The position numbers and the translations under genes were made by a program. A DNA stretch of 20,000 nt, taken from assembly GCA_000934665.2 (NCBI GenBank), contig KZ538523.1, positions 44,813 to 64,812 of the forward strand, in the 5' to 3' direction. Numbering within the stretch: the stretch's first letter is position 1; each line of letters begins with the position of its first letter. The stretch is from Catajapyx aquilonaris (lineage: Eukaryota). This document shows, in pieces, positions 1 to 11,109 of this stretch. The notes below the pieces were generated by a model, which saw only the letters and a program-made list of their open reading frames with translations, did not search any database and was not told where the DNA came from.

Positions 1-263
1 GCCAGACTTTTTCTCCTCCAGCCATCTTCCTCCCTCCCTCCCTCCCCCCAGCGTTTTTCCCCAGGATGCCATCCCCGCCATCCATAACCGTCGCTCTGAA
101 GCGGCGCCACCGTGTTGAAACCACGCCGCCCCCAATTCTAGCACGAGCAGGGCTTGAAATTGGCAGGATTCAAATGAGCTGCCAGCACCAGGATGCATGG
201 CCCAAGCCAAACTCCGCCGATAACTCCCCCCAAACCATCCATCTATCCTCCTCCACCACCACC

Positions 264-294
264 NNNNNNNNNNNNNNNNNNNNNNNNNNNNNNN
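264..294. other. Assembly gap (31 N)
   Basis: Run of N. Single Ns also occur in poly-C tracts at 4300 and 8695. Confidence 0.99.
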
Positions 295-3200
295 GTCGGA
301 TAAATCAAATGGAAGGCACCCCCCCCCCCCCCCCCAATCTTGGAAGAAAGAAGTGTGACGAATGCACTGTCCCCGCCCCTATCCCCCCCATCAGGTTGAC
401 GAGACTTCAAATCATCATATTTAATCTCGCTTCCAGATTCACGCTCATAAATATGCGATTCGAACCCCCCTCTGTCGTCGACCCAAAAATTAATGTGCTT
501 TAAGCATTAAGGGCATTTTCAACTGTTTTTGTGGCCATCGCTGCTGCTTGGAGCAGTAATCTGGCAGAAGACATTAATCCTGCTTAGAAAAATACCTCCG
601 AAGACTGCAAGGTCCTGCGCCATGTTGGTTGCCTACACGCCAGGATACCGCATCGCATGTAGACTTGTAGAGCCCCGAATCACGCTCAAGGTGACAAATC
701 CCGAAGGCGGCCAAGAAAGGTGACCCCCCGCAGATCTTTTCGCTATTAATATCCCTCCCCCTCCTTCTCTATTGTGCTGCGAGGAAATAATCTACAGGAA
801 ATTTATTCCTCCCGAGCCCCACAATAGGACTGGCACGGACACCTCTGCGGGAGGCGAGCCAGCACCGGCGATTGGTTCATCCATATATTCGCCCCCACAA
901 AACACCGCGACAACGCCCAGGTGGCCCTCGGTGTTATTGTTTTTTCCTTCCGAGAAAATTGGATGGGCATGATTTTCTGTGTGTCATTACCAGGGGGCAC
1001 CCTGTAGTAAGACCGCCTTCCGCATCGACGAGCGCATGTGTCTCTTTTCCCATACCGTCCTGGCATATACCGAACAAGAGGCTCGTCTTAAATTAAACAA
1101 CGAGCTAGCTTCTCCCTGGACAATTGCTTCTCATGAATACTCATAAAACGGTTTTCCAAATGTTATCCTTCACTTCCGCCGGACTGATTGGCAGCTCGCA
1201 TTATAAAGATTGCGAGGTTAATTAGCCCGGATTTAATTGCACTCGAAGATTCCTCATCCGTGTTGGGGCAGGTCGTGCATTATTATGCAGCTCCCCCCCC
1301 ATTAATGATCACCATAATAATGACTGCCGTTTAGCAAAAAAAAGGTTCTTCGGTTGGACGAACGCCCTCAAAATGAGGGTCTCCTTCGGCTAAAGCCAGC
1401 GTGATGGCCCAGAGAAAAGGTTCACACTTCACAAAAAGCGAACAGATAAAAGTGGGTGGGAAGGGCGGTGAGAGCATACACACACACACACATCTCCAAA
1501 TGTGCTATGAGTCCCAGAAAATGCCAGCCATCTGTTTTCTTGACGTCCTGTTTCAGGGAGAGTTATGAGGCATCATCACCCTGTTGGGTCCCCACCGACG
1601 GCCCATCTTTCACCTCCCCCTCTCCTCAACTTATATTTTTTCTTCTTCTCCCCGTGCTTCTTTTCTTCCTGCAATTTGCTTGCCCGCCGATTTCCTCATA
1701 TCCTGGCCAGCAGCAGTCTTGGGTCAGACACAGGTGCTACACGCCTACAACCATGCATTACCAAGCTGGGCTTAAATAATGGGGGAGGGCTATGGCTGAG
1801 GGAATATTGCGTGGAAGTGGTGGGTTCGAGAAAGGCTAACTGATAGTTTGGCAAGTTTATGGACACTTGTAGGGGTCAGCCTACTGGATGGATCATAATA
1901 TGTGAAGGTCAGCCATTATATCCCACCGGTTGTACTTTCCGTTCCATAAAATTGCTAATAGTTAAGAAAATTTATTGGCACACTGTTCGCCTACACACGT
2001 AATTAATTTTAACGCACTGTCACAACAATCCACCCAACTCATCCTAGATCCATCAGCATTTCAAATGGATATACACTATGACGTATGGTAGTTAAATTCA
2101 AACTTTTAACATTAGAGCGAAATATTTAAACAGCACTTATTTTTCACGCTGGTACCAAATCACATTTTTATAAATCGCTAATTGGGACGGAATCTGACGT
2201 CATTCGGGCTTTATGTCAATTAAGTATTTAGCATATGCGCAATTTCAGCCATCGGTGATTCACCTGCAATTATTTCATAATCAGCTAACACATAGTCCGG
2301 AGAATTCCGGGAAGAGCCAGAATATCCATGTCCTATAATTATAATATTTTCGAATAAAAGCAGACCCCCCCCCCCCCCACTACAAGTTGCATGAAATATT
2401 AATACCTGATAATATGACTGTGTCGACATTTCATTTATTTTTTTTGTAAAGCAGATAGATGCCTCCTTTTTGACATTATTCCAACCGCGACTGTATATAT
2501 ACAAAAATTACTGTTATTGTAGTGGCCTGCAAAAAATGAGCAAATTTTTCCAAAACAACGAGCCTCACTTTTCCCTTAATTTCCACTTTTGGAGCAATAG
2601 CACAATTATTAAACCAAAGCCTTATCGTGCAGAGATGCGTGTCTTGTTTTATCCTTTTATGGTGTATGCAACGACCAGGCCTCAAGACAGCACTCAGGCA
2701 TGAGAATGTTGCCAAATCAAGGGAATCCCAATCCAATCAGTGTCGTTGCTGCTGAGCCCGACTCTGAGCCAGTTTTCTACTTGCCAATTCTGGTAGCACA
2801 ACAACAGCTCGTAAAAAAGAAGAAGCAGAGGATGAGAAAAAACTAGGGCCTGGGCGACGTTGCCGAAGAAGCTTCGTTGTCGTCTCCAGCCGGTACAACC
2901 ATGCTGCGTGGACACCTCGTGTTGCCAGAAAACTTGGCAATGACAGACACCCGAGTTGATTGTTCGACGCGGCTCAGAACACTCTTAAAAAATAATGGCG
3001 ATGAGGCCCAATAAAATTTACGGCTGGTTATTGTTTCAAGGGGCCATAAAGCAATAAAAAGTGGCTTCAATCGCACATTCCTAAACGCGCAGCTAATTAT
3101 GCTTTATAACCGAGCTGTTTATAGGCTTGTCCACTTTTGGGAATGGCGCAGGAAGTAAGGGAAAAGCTATTCACTGCGGCCTGTGTGACTCTGCTCATCC

Positions 3201-5004
3201 TCCAGGAATAATTACGGTGTGAAATTAAGGGAAACACTTTTCCAGCGTACAATGTTAACCTGTGACGTGGCCAGACTTTCGGTTTGGCTAACAAGGAGAG
3301 ACTAGCGACCCCCAGATGTGCACATTCTGATCCCCCAACATGAAAAGACAGGTAAACACCGAATTGAAAAGCATTTTAAACTATTGCAGAGTGGCCAGTT
3401 TAGACGCTCTCGGAACTCGGGAAGTGGGTTAAGTAGGGCTGACATACAAACCCCAAAATCAACAAACTCTGCTTTATAATAAGAGAATTATTGTTCAAGT
3501 GCCGGGTGCACATCGGATCATGCAAACCTAAACAGAAATCAAAAGGCAAGCAGCACATTTCAGACTTTTGCGTCATTTCCCCTAATCCAATTGTAAAAGA
3601 GGCGCCAGACATAGAACCAAATGCAATAAACCTTTCTAGAAAGGTTTCATATTTCACCTGAACTGCATTTGCATAAATAATATCGACAACTCATCTCCAC
3701 GTGGCAATTTCGGTTCATCCGGATTATATAACCCGAGACATTAATAATATTATGCCAGGTTTATCTATAGGCTTTTAACTAACCGCCATGAACCAACCGC
3801 AGTTTAATATATTTAAGAAGCAGTTTTAAAACCGGGCATTGAGATTCGTTTTAATTCCCGCTCTTTACAGACTCCGCCCTCATGAAAGTTTCTTCACTCG
3901 ACGCAAGAGTGGGCTGCACATCAACAGACATGCAGAGCCACCTGTTGAGCACATCGAAAAGCTCAGTCATGAAGGGTCCCATCATTTGACGCAAATCAGC
4001 CCAAAGGCTCTATCTACCGGTGGACGACTCAACTAATTAAAAAAAATTATTAGTTGAGTCGTTATGGGGCATACGGTTTTTACTCCTTTGTACGGTGTAC
4101 TGTACGGTAAAATCATGTTTGCAAAAAATAGCTTCAGGTGTGGGCAACACTTCCACCTATCTGCCCTTTTTTGCTGTGTACCTACTCCAAATTAATTGAA
4201 TTTTAAAATAAATAAATAAAATAATATCCGACGTGTTTAGAGTATACGAGGATTCTACTCTGTGTCAGTTTGTACCTACGGTTGTGCGACTTTCCAATCN
4301 CCCCCCCCCCCCTCGTATTTACCTTTTGCAGCGGGTTACTTGCACATGCATTTATTTTGTGCGGTTCTGCAAATCCCTTAGCCATATATTCATATAATAG
4401 TTTACCATAACGTTTCATTCACGAAATGCCATGTTTTTAAAGGGACACTCCACTCAAAATACAAGTTGGCTCCCAAAAATTGGGCAAAAAAATACGATTC
4501 CAACGACACCAATAATGAATTTTTCCGATGAACGAGCGTATTTTGGCGATACGGTTGTAACCGTATGCTACTGTTCACGACACCCTCGCCTCGCCGCCTG
4601 GCGGCAGGAATGGGAAATGGAGTATGCTCAGCTCTGCCCGCGAATTCAAACTTGAACGTATTCGAACCGTATGGAGTGAAATTTGAACAGTGAAATCCAT
4701 CCTGGACTTTAAAATGTTTATTTACCATACAATTGGCCAATTTTGTTCGAAAAATTCATTTCTGCATTATGACGAAGATAAATACACCACATTCTCTGCA
4801 CTTCATATTTTTGTTGTATTCGTCATTTTTTTTTCTTTTTTTTTCTTTTTTTTGCATTAGCCGCCTTTTTGTCATGGAAAGCTGCAACGTTTTCTCGCCC
4901 GAGTGACAGGTGTATTTTTTCGCTCTATAGTGCCACTCGAATCTAGTGCTATTCCGAGCTGCTCCATAGCAAGGCAGTAAATAATTAAGTCTGGATGTCA
5001 TCGG

Positions 5005-5087
5005 GTCTCAGGATATAAGATGCAGGGCGATTTTGTGTGCCATATTTTGGGGTTAAAAAAGTGCGTCTTATATTCCGTAAAATACAG
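5005..5087. mobile_element. Single end of a Tc2/pogo-like MITE
   Basis: ...GTGCGTCTTATATTCCGTAAAATACAG followed by TA, with an internal inverted copy ATATAAGATGCA. The partner TIR was not found. Confidence 0.5.
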
Positions 5088-5289
5088 TACTTTATGAAAG
5101 GAGCTACCGGTTATCATTGATCTGTCATTAATCTCATTATCAAGATGAAACAAATGAAAATGAGCCAACTGTTAAACTAATAATTAACAGTTAGCTAGTA
5201 TTCATAATATTCTGATGCCACTATTACAGATAGTGGTGTAACAATGCTGTAACAATTCATTATGACAAGGAAAATGAAAGGTGATGAGA

Positions 5290-7125
5290 AACTACAGTAT
5301 CTGTATCAATTTTATTTGAACACCTCTACAAATGGGTTGTACACCTCCACAAACCAGACAAATATACTTTTGAAAATTAGCTGTGAAGCCTTGTACGCAT
5401 GGAAATTTTTTTGAAGCGAAATGATAGAGAGCTTGCACACACCCCCTCGTCGGAAAATAAGTCACAAGGCTGAACTATTTTCGACGTTATAGCATCTTGA
5501 AAATATCACTCCCAAATTTTATTTTTCACAATAGAATCAGAAATGTCAAAATCTTCTACATGCACCAGAAATAAATGCCATCAAAGAGTGCAAAATAATT
5601 CTCCCCAACAGTGTCGTTACAATAGTGCAAACGGTGTTTCCCTAATGTTCTCAACAAGTTCCTTTTTATTCTTGCAAGGCAAATTACCAACAGTCTGTAA
5701 TCTGACTAGGCCAATTGGCTGATTGTTTCAAATTTAAAAAGAACGGGGGAACGCTACTTTGAGTGAATGTTAACACTTCTCCAGCTCTTCAACACCCACC
5801 TTTTTTGGCAAGGAATCCAGGCTATAATTATTGATGGGTCTCTTACACAATGCAAATGAAAAGTAGTTGCTGCTTTCCAATGCCACATTAAACTCACAAT
5901 CATATGGAAGACATTCGGCACAAGAAAGAAATGAACATAGCAGAAAGAGGAAATTATGCAGCTAGGTGTCACAACACCACATATTACTGTTAAAATACAC
6001 CACAAGCACACACAAGGAACTCATTTGTGTACAATTTACAGTACGTTAAAGGTTAAAACCCTCCATGTACTCAACACACCCAATAAAATGTTTTCCACCA
6101 CAGTACTGCATAAATCATGTCATACTCAATGTGGATGGAATGTGCGACACAAGCAAAACTAGGCGCAGCTGCAACATCCATTTGGTAAAAACATACCACA
6201 AATGTAAGGGAGCGTTGCATGCTGGAGTTGGAAAGCATTACTCTTAAAAGTGAGGGGAGAAAACACTGACCCTAATTTGCTTTTATTATGATCAAAAAGG
6301 TGGTCCACACCACAGCAATGTAGGCCTACAGGGGAAAAGAAACTCACAAGCTGCTAATGAAAAACACAAAAGGGGAGACAAATACTTTGACCCAATATCT
6401 AATATCTTCTTTTTAAACTCAGCTTATTTTCTTCTTTACACCGTGATGGAATCGTAGGATGACAGTAGCCACCACCGACTGCAGTGCATAAACAGAAGGG
6501 CTTAAAACTAGATTTAATAATAAATTGGATCCTGGAGTGGAAACCTGGTCAGAAAAAGTCAATTATCTATACAGTCTTTGTTAGCCTGGTTTGTGAAGAG
6601 AAGGGCGTGACTATGCACCACAAAGAAAAGAGAGAAAGAGGAATTAATGTTTAAAAATGAAAAACACATGAGATAAACAGCCAACTGTCATACTATTCCC
6701 CTGACCCCCACACTTTCTCTCATATCCCCAGACCCAGGCATTCCCCACACCCACTCTCAACCCTCTCTCTCTTTCACTCACACGCAATCAAATAATGCTA
6801 TTAGCTAAATTGACAAAAAAATTGTTGGTAGCTGGAAAATAAAAATGTGAAACCTGCAGCTTCTAAGCCACATAATTTCCACACACATTTTTTTTTCTTG
6901 TATTTAACTATAAAAAGTCTGGTTCCAGTGGTCAATGTGTCACATGATACATTTCCTCCTCGTCAACACCACAATTTCCGTGCAACTTTTTCTCTACATT
7001 ACTTTGCCGTGGGAATTATTTGTGTAACATCTGATCAAAAATGTTGTTTTTTCGTTATTTTCTCGTTTTATCAAATCGGCTACTCCAGGTATTACTTTTG
7101 TCACTTGGAGGTTCACTTCCCACAT
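5290..7125 (-). other. Set: Probable 3' UTR of Set with several AATAAA signals
   Basis: U-rich on the mRNA strand, with no recognisable transposons. AATAAA (minus) at 6282-6287, 5665-5670, 5518-5523 and 5311-5316; the last is followed by a U-rich downstream element. The end point is inferred. Confidence 0.55.
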
Positions 7126-7193
7126 TCACTCATCTTCTTCACCTTCCCCCCCCTCGTCCCCATCCTCTCCCTCCTCCTCTTCCAGGTCTTCAC
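7126..7193 (-). CDS. Set: Set coding exon 7, terminal (EDLEEEEGEDGDEGGEGEEDE*)
   Basis: Pyrimidine tract and acceptor TTTTGTTTCCGTCTCTAG at 7194-7195. Open acidic frame ending at TGA 7128-7126. In frame only with the 7985 donor. Confidence 0.82.
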
Positions 7194-7985
7194 CTAGAGA
7201 CGGAAACAAAAGTGTGCTGACAATATGATCCATATCAATTTTCAGGAGTGGAGCACTCCCCTGAACTCAAGAACTTCATTGCACAAGAGAGGCATTCAGT
7301 AGAAAACCACACATTGACTGTCGTAAGTTTAAAATGGATTTTAATTCCCAAAAGGTTACATCTCGAGAATTAAACACATTTCAAGTCATTGGGTGGAATT
7401 TTAAGTGTCACAAATGTCAAACCCTATTGCATATGAAAGAGGATATGATAAGAGCTTCAGTATTATGTGCAAGTGCAAATAAAAAATAACCATCATATAA
7501 AATAAGGAAAACATACGATCAGATGGTACATGAAGTACGCCCTACACTAAACTGTGCTGCGTCATGTTACTTAAATATTGCACCCCCTCTGAATTCATGT
7601 TACCGGTACACAAAAGGTAGACGCACAAACAGCTAGGATCAAACTAAATATTTAAGGCTATGACGTACAAATATACTGGCAGCAAGTTTGCCCTAAGAGA
7701 AACCCCCCTAACATTGCTTCCATATGTTGAATGTAACATCAGGAGAAAAGAAATAATGCGGCACAAACTACATTACATACTTCAAAATTCATGCCCCCCC
7801 CCCCCTCCCCACATACACACTTAAACTAATATACAATTTGGGATTATGTTTGAAAAATAACGGGTACAACAAATGGTGTACAAAAAAAAAAAAAAACAAG
7901 AACGAGGAAGGATATACCAACTGAAAAGGTAAGAAACCACCATGCAATCAGGTGGGAGTCTTGGCTCACCCTTGCTCCTCCTCAC

Positions 7986-8116
7986 CTTCCCCTCCCTCTC
8001 CTTCTTCCAGTTCCGCCTCTACATCCTCCTCTTCATCTTCTTCCCCAACATCCCCTTCCATCTCCTCCTCCTCCTCCTCCTCGACCACCACTACTGAATC
8101 ATCCACCTCCTCGTCA
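7986..8116 (-). CDS. Set: Set coding exon 6, acidic tail (DEEVDDSVVVVEEEEEEEMEG...LEEGEGGE-G), 131 nt; can extend to an in-frame stop at 7966-7968
   Basis: Acceptor TTCTCTAG at 8117-8118, and phase 2 gives an open Asp/Glu-rich frame. Donor AAG|GTGAGG at 7985 is phase 1 and matches exon 7. Confidence 0.88.
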
Positions 8117-8628
8117 CTAGAGAATTTAAAAACACACACATATTACAACATGTTCCTTAAACACCACACAATCAAGAACAGCAATTTCAAAAAAGTTTGT
8201 TCTGCCACAGGAATAACATTTTAGGCCAGGTTTTTAGGTGGGCACAGAAACTAGGGAAACAAGGACCTAGCCCTGAAAACGGCAAGAGGATACCATTGTT
8301 CCTGTGTTGTTTTTTAAAAACACAGATCTTCTCTCAAGTCAAACATGATGATAATTTAATTCCTTGATCTCAGAAGGCATGGAACCACTCTCACATTATT
8401 TTTGCAGATTAGAAGTTTTCACTGTGTCAGAGTATGTCAGTCTCATCAGCACCAAAAAAGTACTGCACAACCAACATGTTGTCCCTTGTAAAACTGATTG
8501 CACCACCTTTCCTGGGTCACCATACATGGGGTGGACATAACGATCACGTTGCATGTTCTTGATTCCAACCCAAGGGCAGAACAGATCGGACATGATGCCG
8601 TTCAATTTTACAATGAATGTTTACATGC

Positions 8629-8839
8629 CAGTGGTTTCCAACCTTTTACCAACTGCGAGCCCTTAAACAAGTTTCCATCAATGTGCGACCCCCCNCCCCC
8701 CCCCCCGCCCCGCCCTCTACAACCAACCCCTTTCCAGAAAACATCCACTCTGCACGGCCACAAAAATGGTTCAATTTACACAGAAATAGCAAAAAAAAAG
8801 TTGAACAAAGGCTCGCGACCCCCAGGTTGGAAACCACTG
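8629..8839. mobile_element. hAT (Charlie-like) MITE, 211 bp, intron 5
   Basis: Perfect 16-bp TIR CAGTGGTTTCCAACCT, flanked by the direct repeat GTTTACATGC (8619-8628, 8840-8849). Confidence 0.88.
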
Positions 8840-9023
8840 GTTTACATGCTGTTAATGCATAATAACTCAAAGCAAAAAAACAATGAAAACTATCATCTTC
8901 CACGCAATATGTATGCAGGAGTTATGAGGAATTAACAAAGTAACTCCATCCAGAAGCATGAACTGACTTCCCTACCCAGAAAGGAAGCAGGTAACTAGCA
9001 AATGTTTGTGAGGCACTTCTAAC

Positions 9024-9486
9024 CATGGTCTTAGAATAGTAAGGTCTGGACACTCCCCCTCTTATCGCCTTAGGGGCCTGACGGGGTGTTTTGCACCAGG
9101 TGGCTGCTTGATAGCGCTTTTCAGGGCTTCACAAACATGTGCGACCTTACTGTTCTGAACAGTCCGGCAGGGTCACACATTTCGCGGGCTGAAAATCATC
9201 TTCGGTTATCTCCACTTTTCAACGAAATCGAGCCAACAGCGGATTGACATTGGATGTGTTTTGTTCGTTCATATCCACCCAACTTAGGTTGTAATAATGG
9301 CATCATACACCTTCTGAGAGTTGGAAACAGTTTCGTTCAAGTCCACAAGTGACCAGAATTATTCAGTTCTGAATATGTAAATGACTCTCCTGAAAAAAAT
9401 TAAAAAGTGGAGTTAACCGAAGATGATTCTCAGCCCGCGATTTGTGAAGAGGGGGAGTGTCCAGACCTTCCTATTCAAAGACCATG
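9024..9486. mobile_element. Non-autonomous DNA transposon (hAT-like MITE), 463 bp, intron 5
   Basis: About 40-bp TIR CATGGTCTT(A/T)GAATAG(T/G)AAGGTCTGGACACTCCCCCTCTT with 2 mismatches. 8-bp TSD CTTCTAAC/GTTCTAAC (7/8). Confidence 0.88.
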
Positions 9487-9627
9487 GTTCTAACAGACAC
9501 TAACCATCACATATTTCTATGCAAATTGTACATAAACCTGCAGGATAAGTCTTTTAGCCACATCCTTCATTAGTCTATGGTGGACAGATTTACAAGAGAT
9601 ATTGGAAGCTGTCCTCTTTCAACATAC

Positions 9628-9722
9628 CTTCCCTCATCCTCTCCTTCTACGCCATTCTCGACTTCAATGTCTGGCACCAGGTAGTACTGAAGAGGGTTGG
9701 GCCACATGTCATCCTTGATTAC
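9628..9722 (-). CDS. Set: Set coding exon 5 ([32 protein letters not shown]), 95 nt
   Basis: Follows a 66-nt intron (9723-9788). Acceptor CCTGCAG and donor AG|GTATGT. SET signature [16 protein letters not shown]. Phases 0/2. Confidence 0.95.
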
Positions 9723-9788
9723 CTGCAGGCAAATTCATATGTAACAAATGCTTTTCTTGCCAATATTATTCTCTCTAAATTCAGTCAC

Positions 9789-9958
9789 CTCAGCAATGTC
9801 ATCCGCAGATGGATCACCGTGGTCAGCAAACCATGTGAAGAAGGATCTCTGCTCCAATCCCCGTTTCCTACCCTTAGATTGCGCTTTGTCCTTAGCTTTT
9901 TTGGTCAAGTCCATGCCCTCCTTCCATCTTATGGGTGTGCTCTGGGAGGCTGGGTCAC
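9789..9958 (-). CDS. Set: Set coding exon 4 (DPASQSTPIRWKEGMDLTKK...RSFFTWFADHGDPSADDIAE), 170 nt
   Basis: Acceptor TTTTGTGCAG and donor GAG|GTGACT. NAP motifs I.WK.G.DLT and SFFTWF. Phases 1/0. Confidence 0.95.
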
Positions 9959-10714
9959 CTGCACAAAATCAGAAAAACATTTCCAAATTTATTCTGGAGA
10001 ACACAAAAACAGTGCAAATAGAGCTGTTAGCAGCATAACTCAGAGGATATTACTGCACCACACATCTGGAATTTTTCATTTTGTCACAGGTTCTCATGGA
10101 AACTGCCCATACTTAAGCTGCAATCTTGTAACAGTCCTACTAAAATCACTACTTCCAGTGATCATATGAGTGAAGGTAACAAAAAGTTCTGCATCATACA
10201 AGTTCAGTCACTATGGAAAAGTTCACTACAGGTGACACATGTACAAAAAAATACTCAAAGCTGGGACTACCCTTGCATCAAAACTTTACTTATCCAATTA
10301 TGAAGTTAATAGATAATAACATTCCAACTGAACCAGGTGGGATTCACTAGAGCAGCATTTCTCAACTGGGGTTACACAAGAAATAGTGATGAATAGGCTA
10401 ATAATCCCTATTAATATAAAAAATTTGTATATATATTTGTATATTTATCACGCCTACTTAACCCACTTCCCGGGTTCTGAGAGCCCTGAAATTTTTCACA
10501 TCCATGTCTTATGCTTCCCTGAGTCCAGGAAAAGTCCAAAATCCGCAATCTTTGGAGTCTAAAAGCCCCCCAAAAATTCCAGGTTTTTCAGTTTTCCACA
10601 TTGTTGACAACAATGTGACGGTTGCATAGTAATGGTTGTAAATGATGTGTTCTTATTAGTTCAAGAGATTGAAGGACGCCGTTTTCCTTATTCACTGGTC
10701 ATATTCCAGTAGAA

Positions 10715-11069
10715 TGGGGAGGCGGAGTGGTGCTGTGGTAACGCAAGCGCCCACGGATGTTAAGGTCCCGGGTTCGATCCCAGCCCGGGGTTCCCCCCTT
10801 CATCTCGTGCAGAGTTCCAGGTCATCTCTAGCTTTGTCTCGGGTGATATTTCCGTTAAGACAAACCACCCGGGGGAGTTCACCAAATGGCCACAGCGTCA
10901 GATGCACTGCACGTTGCACATCCCCTCCTGTCATCCTGCCCGTGGGCCCAGGCGATACGCTAAATAGGTACCATGTACTATGTATACACCAACAGCTAAT
11001 AATAAAGGTCCATGCGATAAAACCTGATGGGTGAAAGCACTACCCAACCTATTATTATTATTATTATTA

Positions 11070-11104
<35 letters not shown>
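10715..11104 (+). mobile_element. tRNA-derived SINE with (TTA)n tail
   Basis: Pol III A box TGGTGCTGTGG (10728-10738) and B box GGTTCGATCC (10771-10780). (TTA)n tail about 11050-11104. 13-bp TSD TATTCCAGTAGAA (10702-10714 / 11105-11117). Confidence 0.9.

Positions 11105-11109
<5 letters not shown>

Noticed and set aside
4437..4460. TTAA-AGGGACAC Kolobok-like terminus; also TTAA-CCC at about 10458
   Set aside because: No matching opposite TIR was found in the window.
66..5001. Short ORFs suggesting a second gene in the first 5 kb
   Set aside because: No recognisable domains, no consistent chain of phase-compatible splice sites, and many starts are non-ATG.
7241..7300. C/D snoRNA candidate (CTGA preceded by GCTCCACTC, complementary to a short 18S rRNA stretch)
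   Set aside because: The guide is only about 9 nt, there is no proper C box, and the guide is sequestered in a local hairpin.
7908..7915. ATATCCTT, an AT-AC U12 donor-like word in intron 6
   Set aside because: I found no downstream TCCTTRAC branch site with an AC acceptor.
7952..8224. Ser-rich ORF on the plus strand
   Set aside because: It is the antisense shadow of the GAG/GAA-rich exon 6. The plus-strand ORFs over exons 1 and 4 are likewise shadows.
8370..8450. C/D snoRNA candidate (TGATGA...CTGA, about 80 nt, minus strand); similar weak candidates at 15325-15377 and 15720
   Set aside because: No convincing combination of terminal stem, both boxes and recognisable rRNA/snRNA complementarity. 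A snoscan or Infernal search would be needed to revive them.
10716..10790. tRNA gene (also the minus-strand head at about 14205-14278)
   Set aside because: A and B boxes are present but there is no clean cloverleaf. Each continues into a body, TTA tail and TSD, so these are SINE heads.
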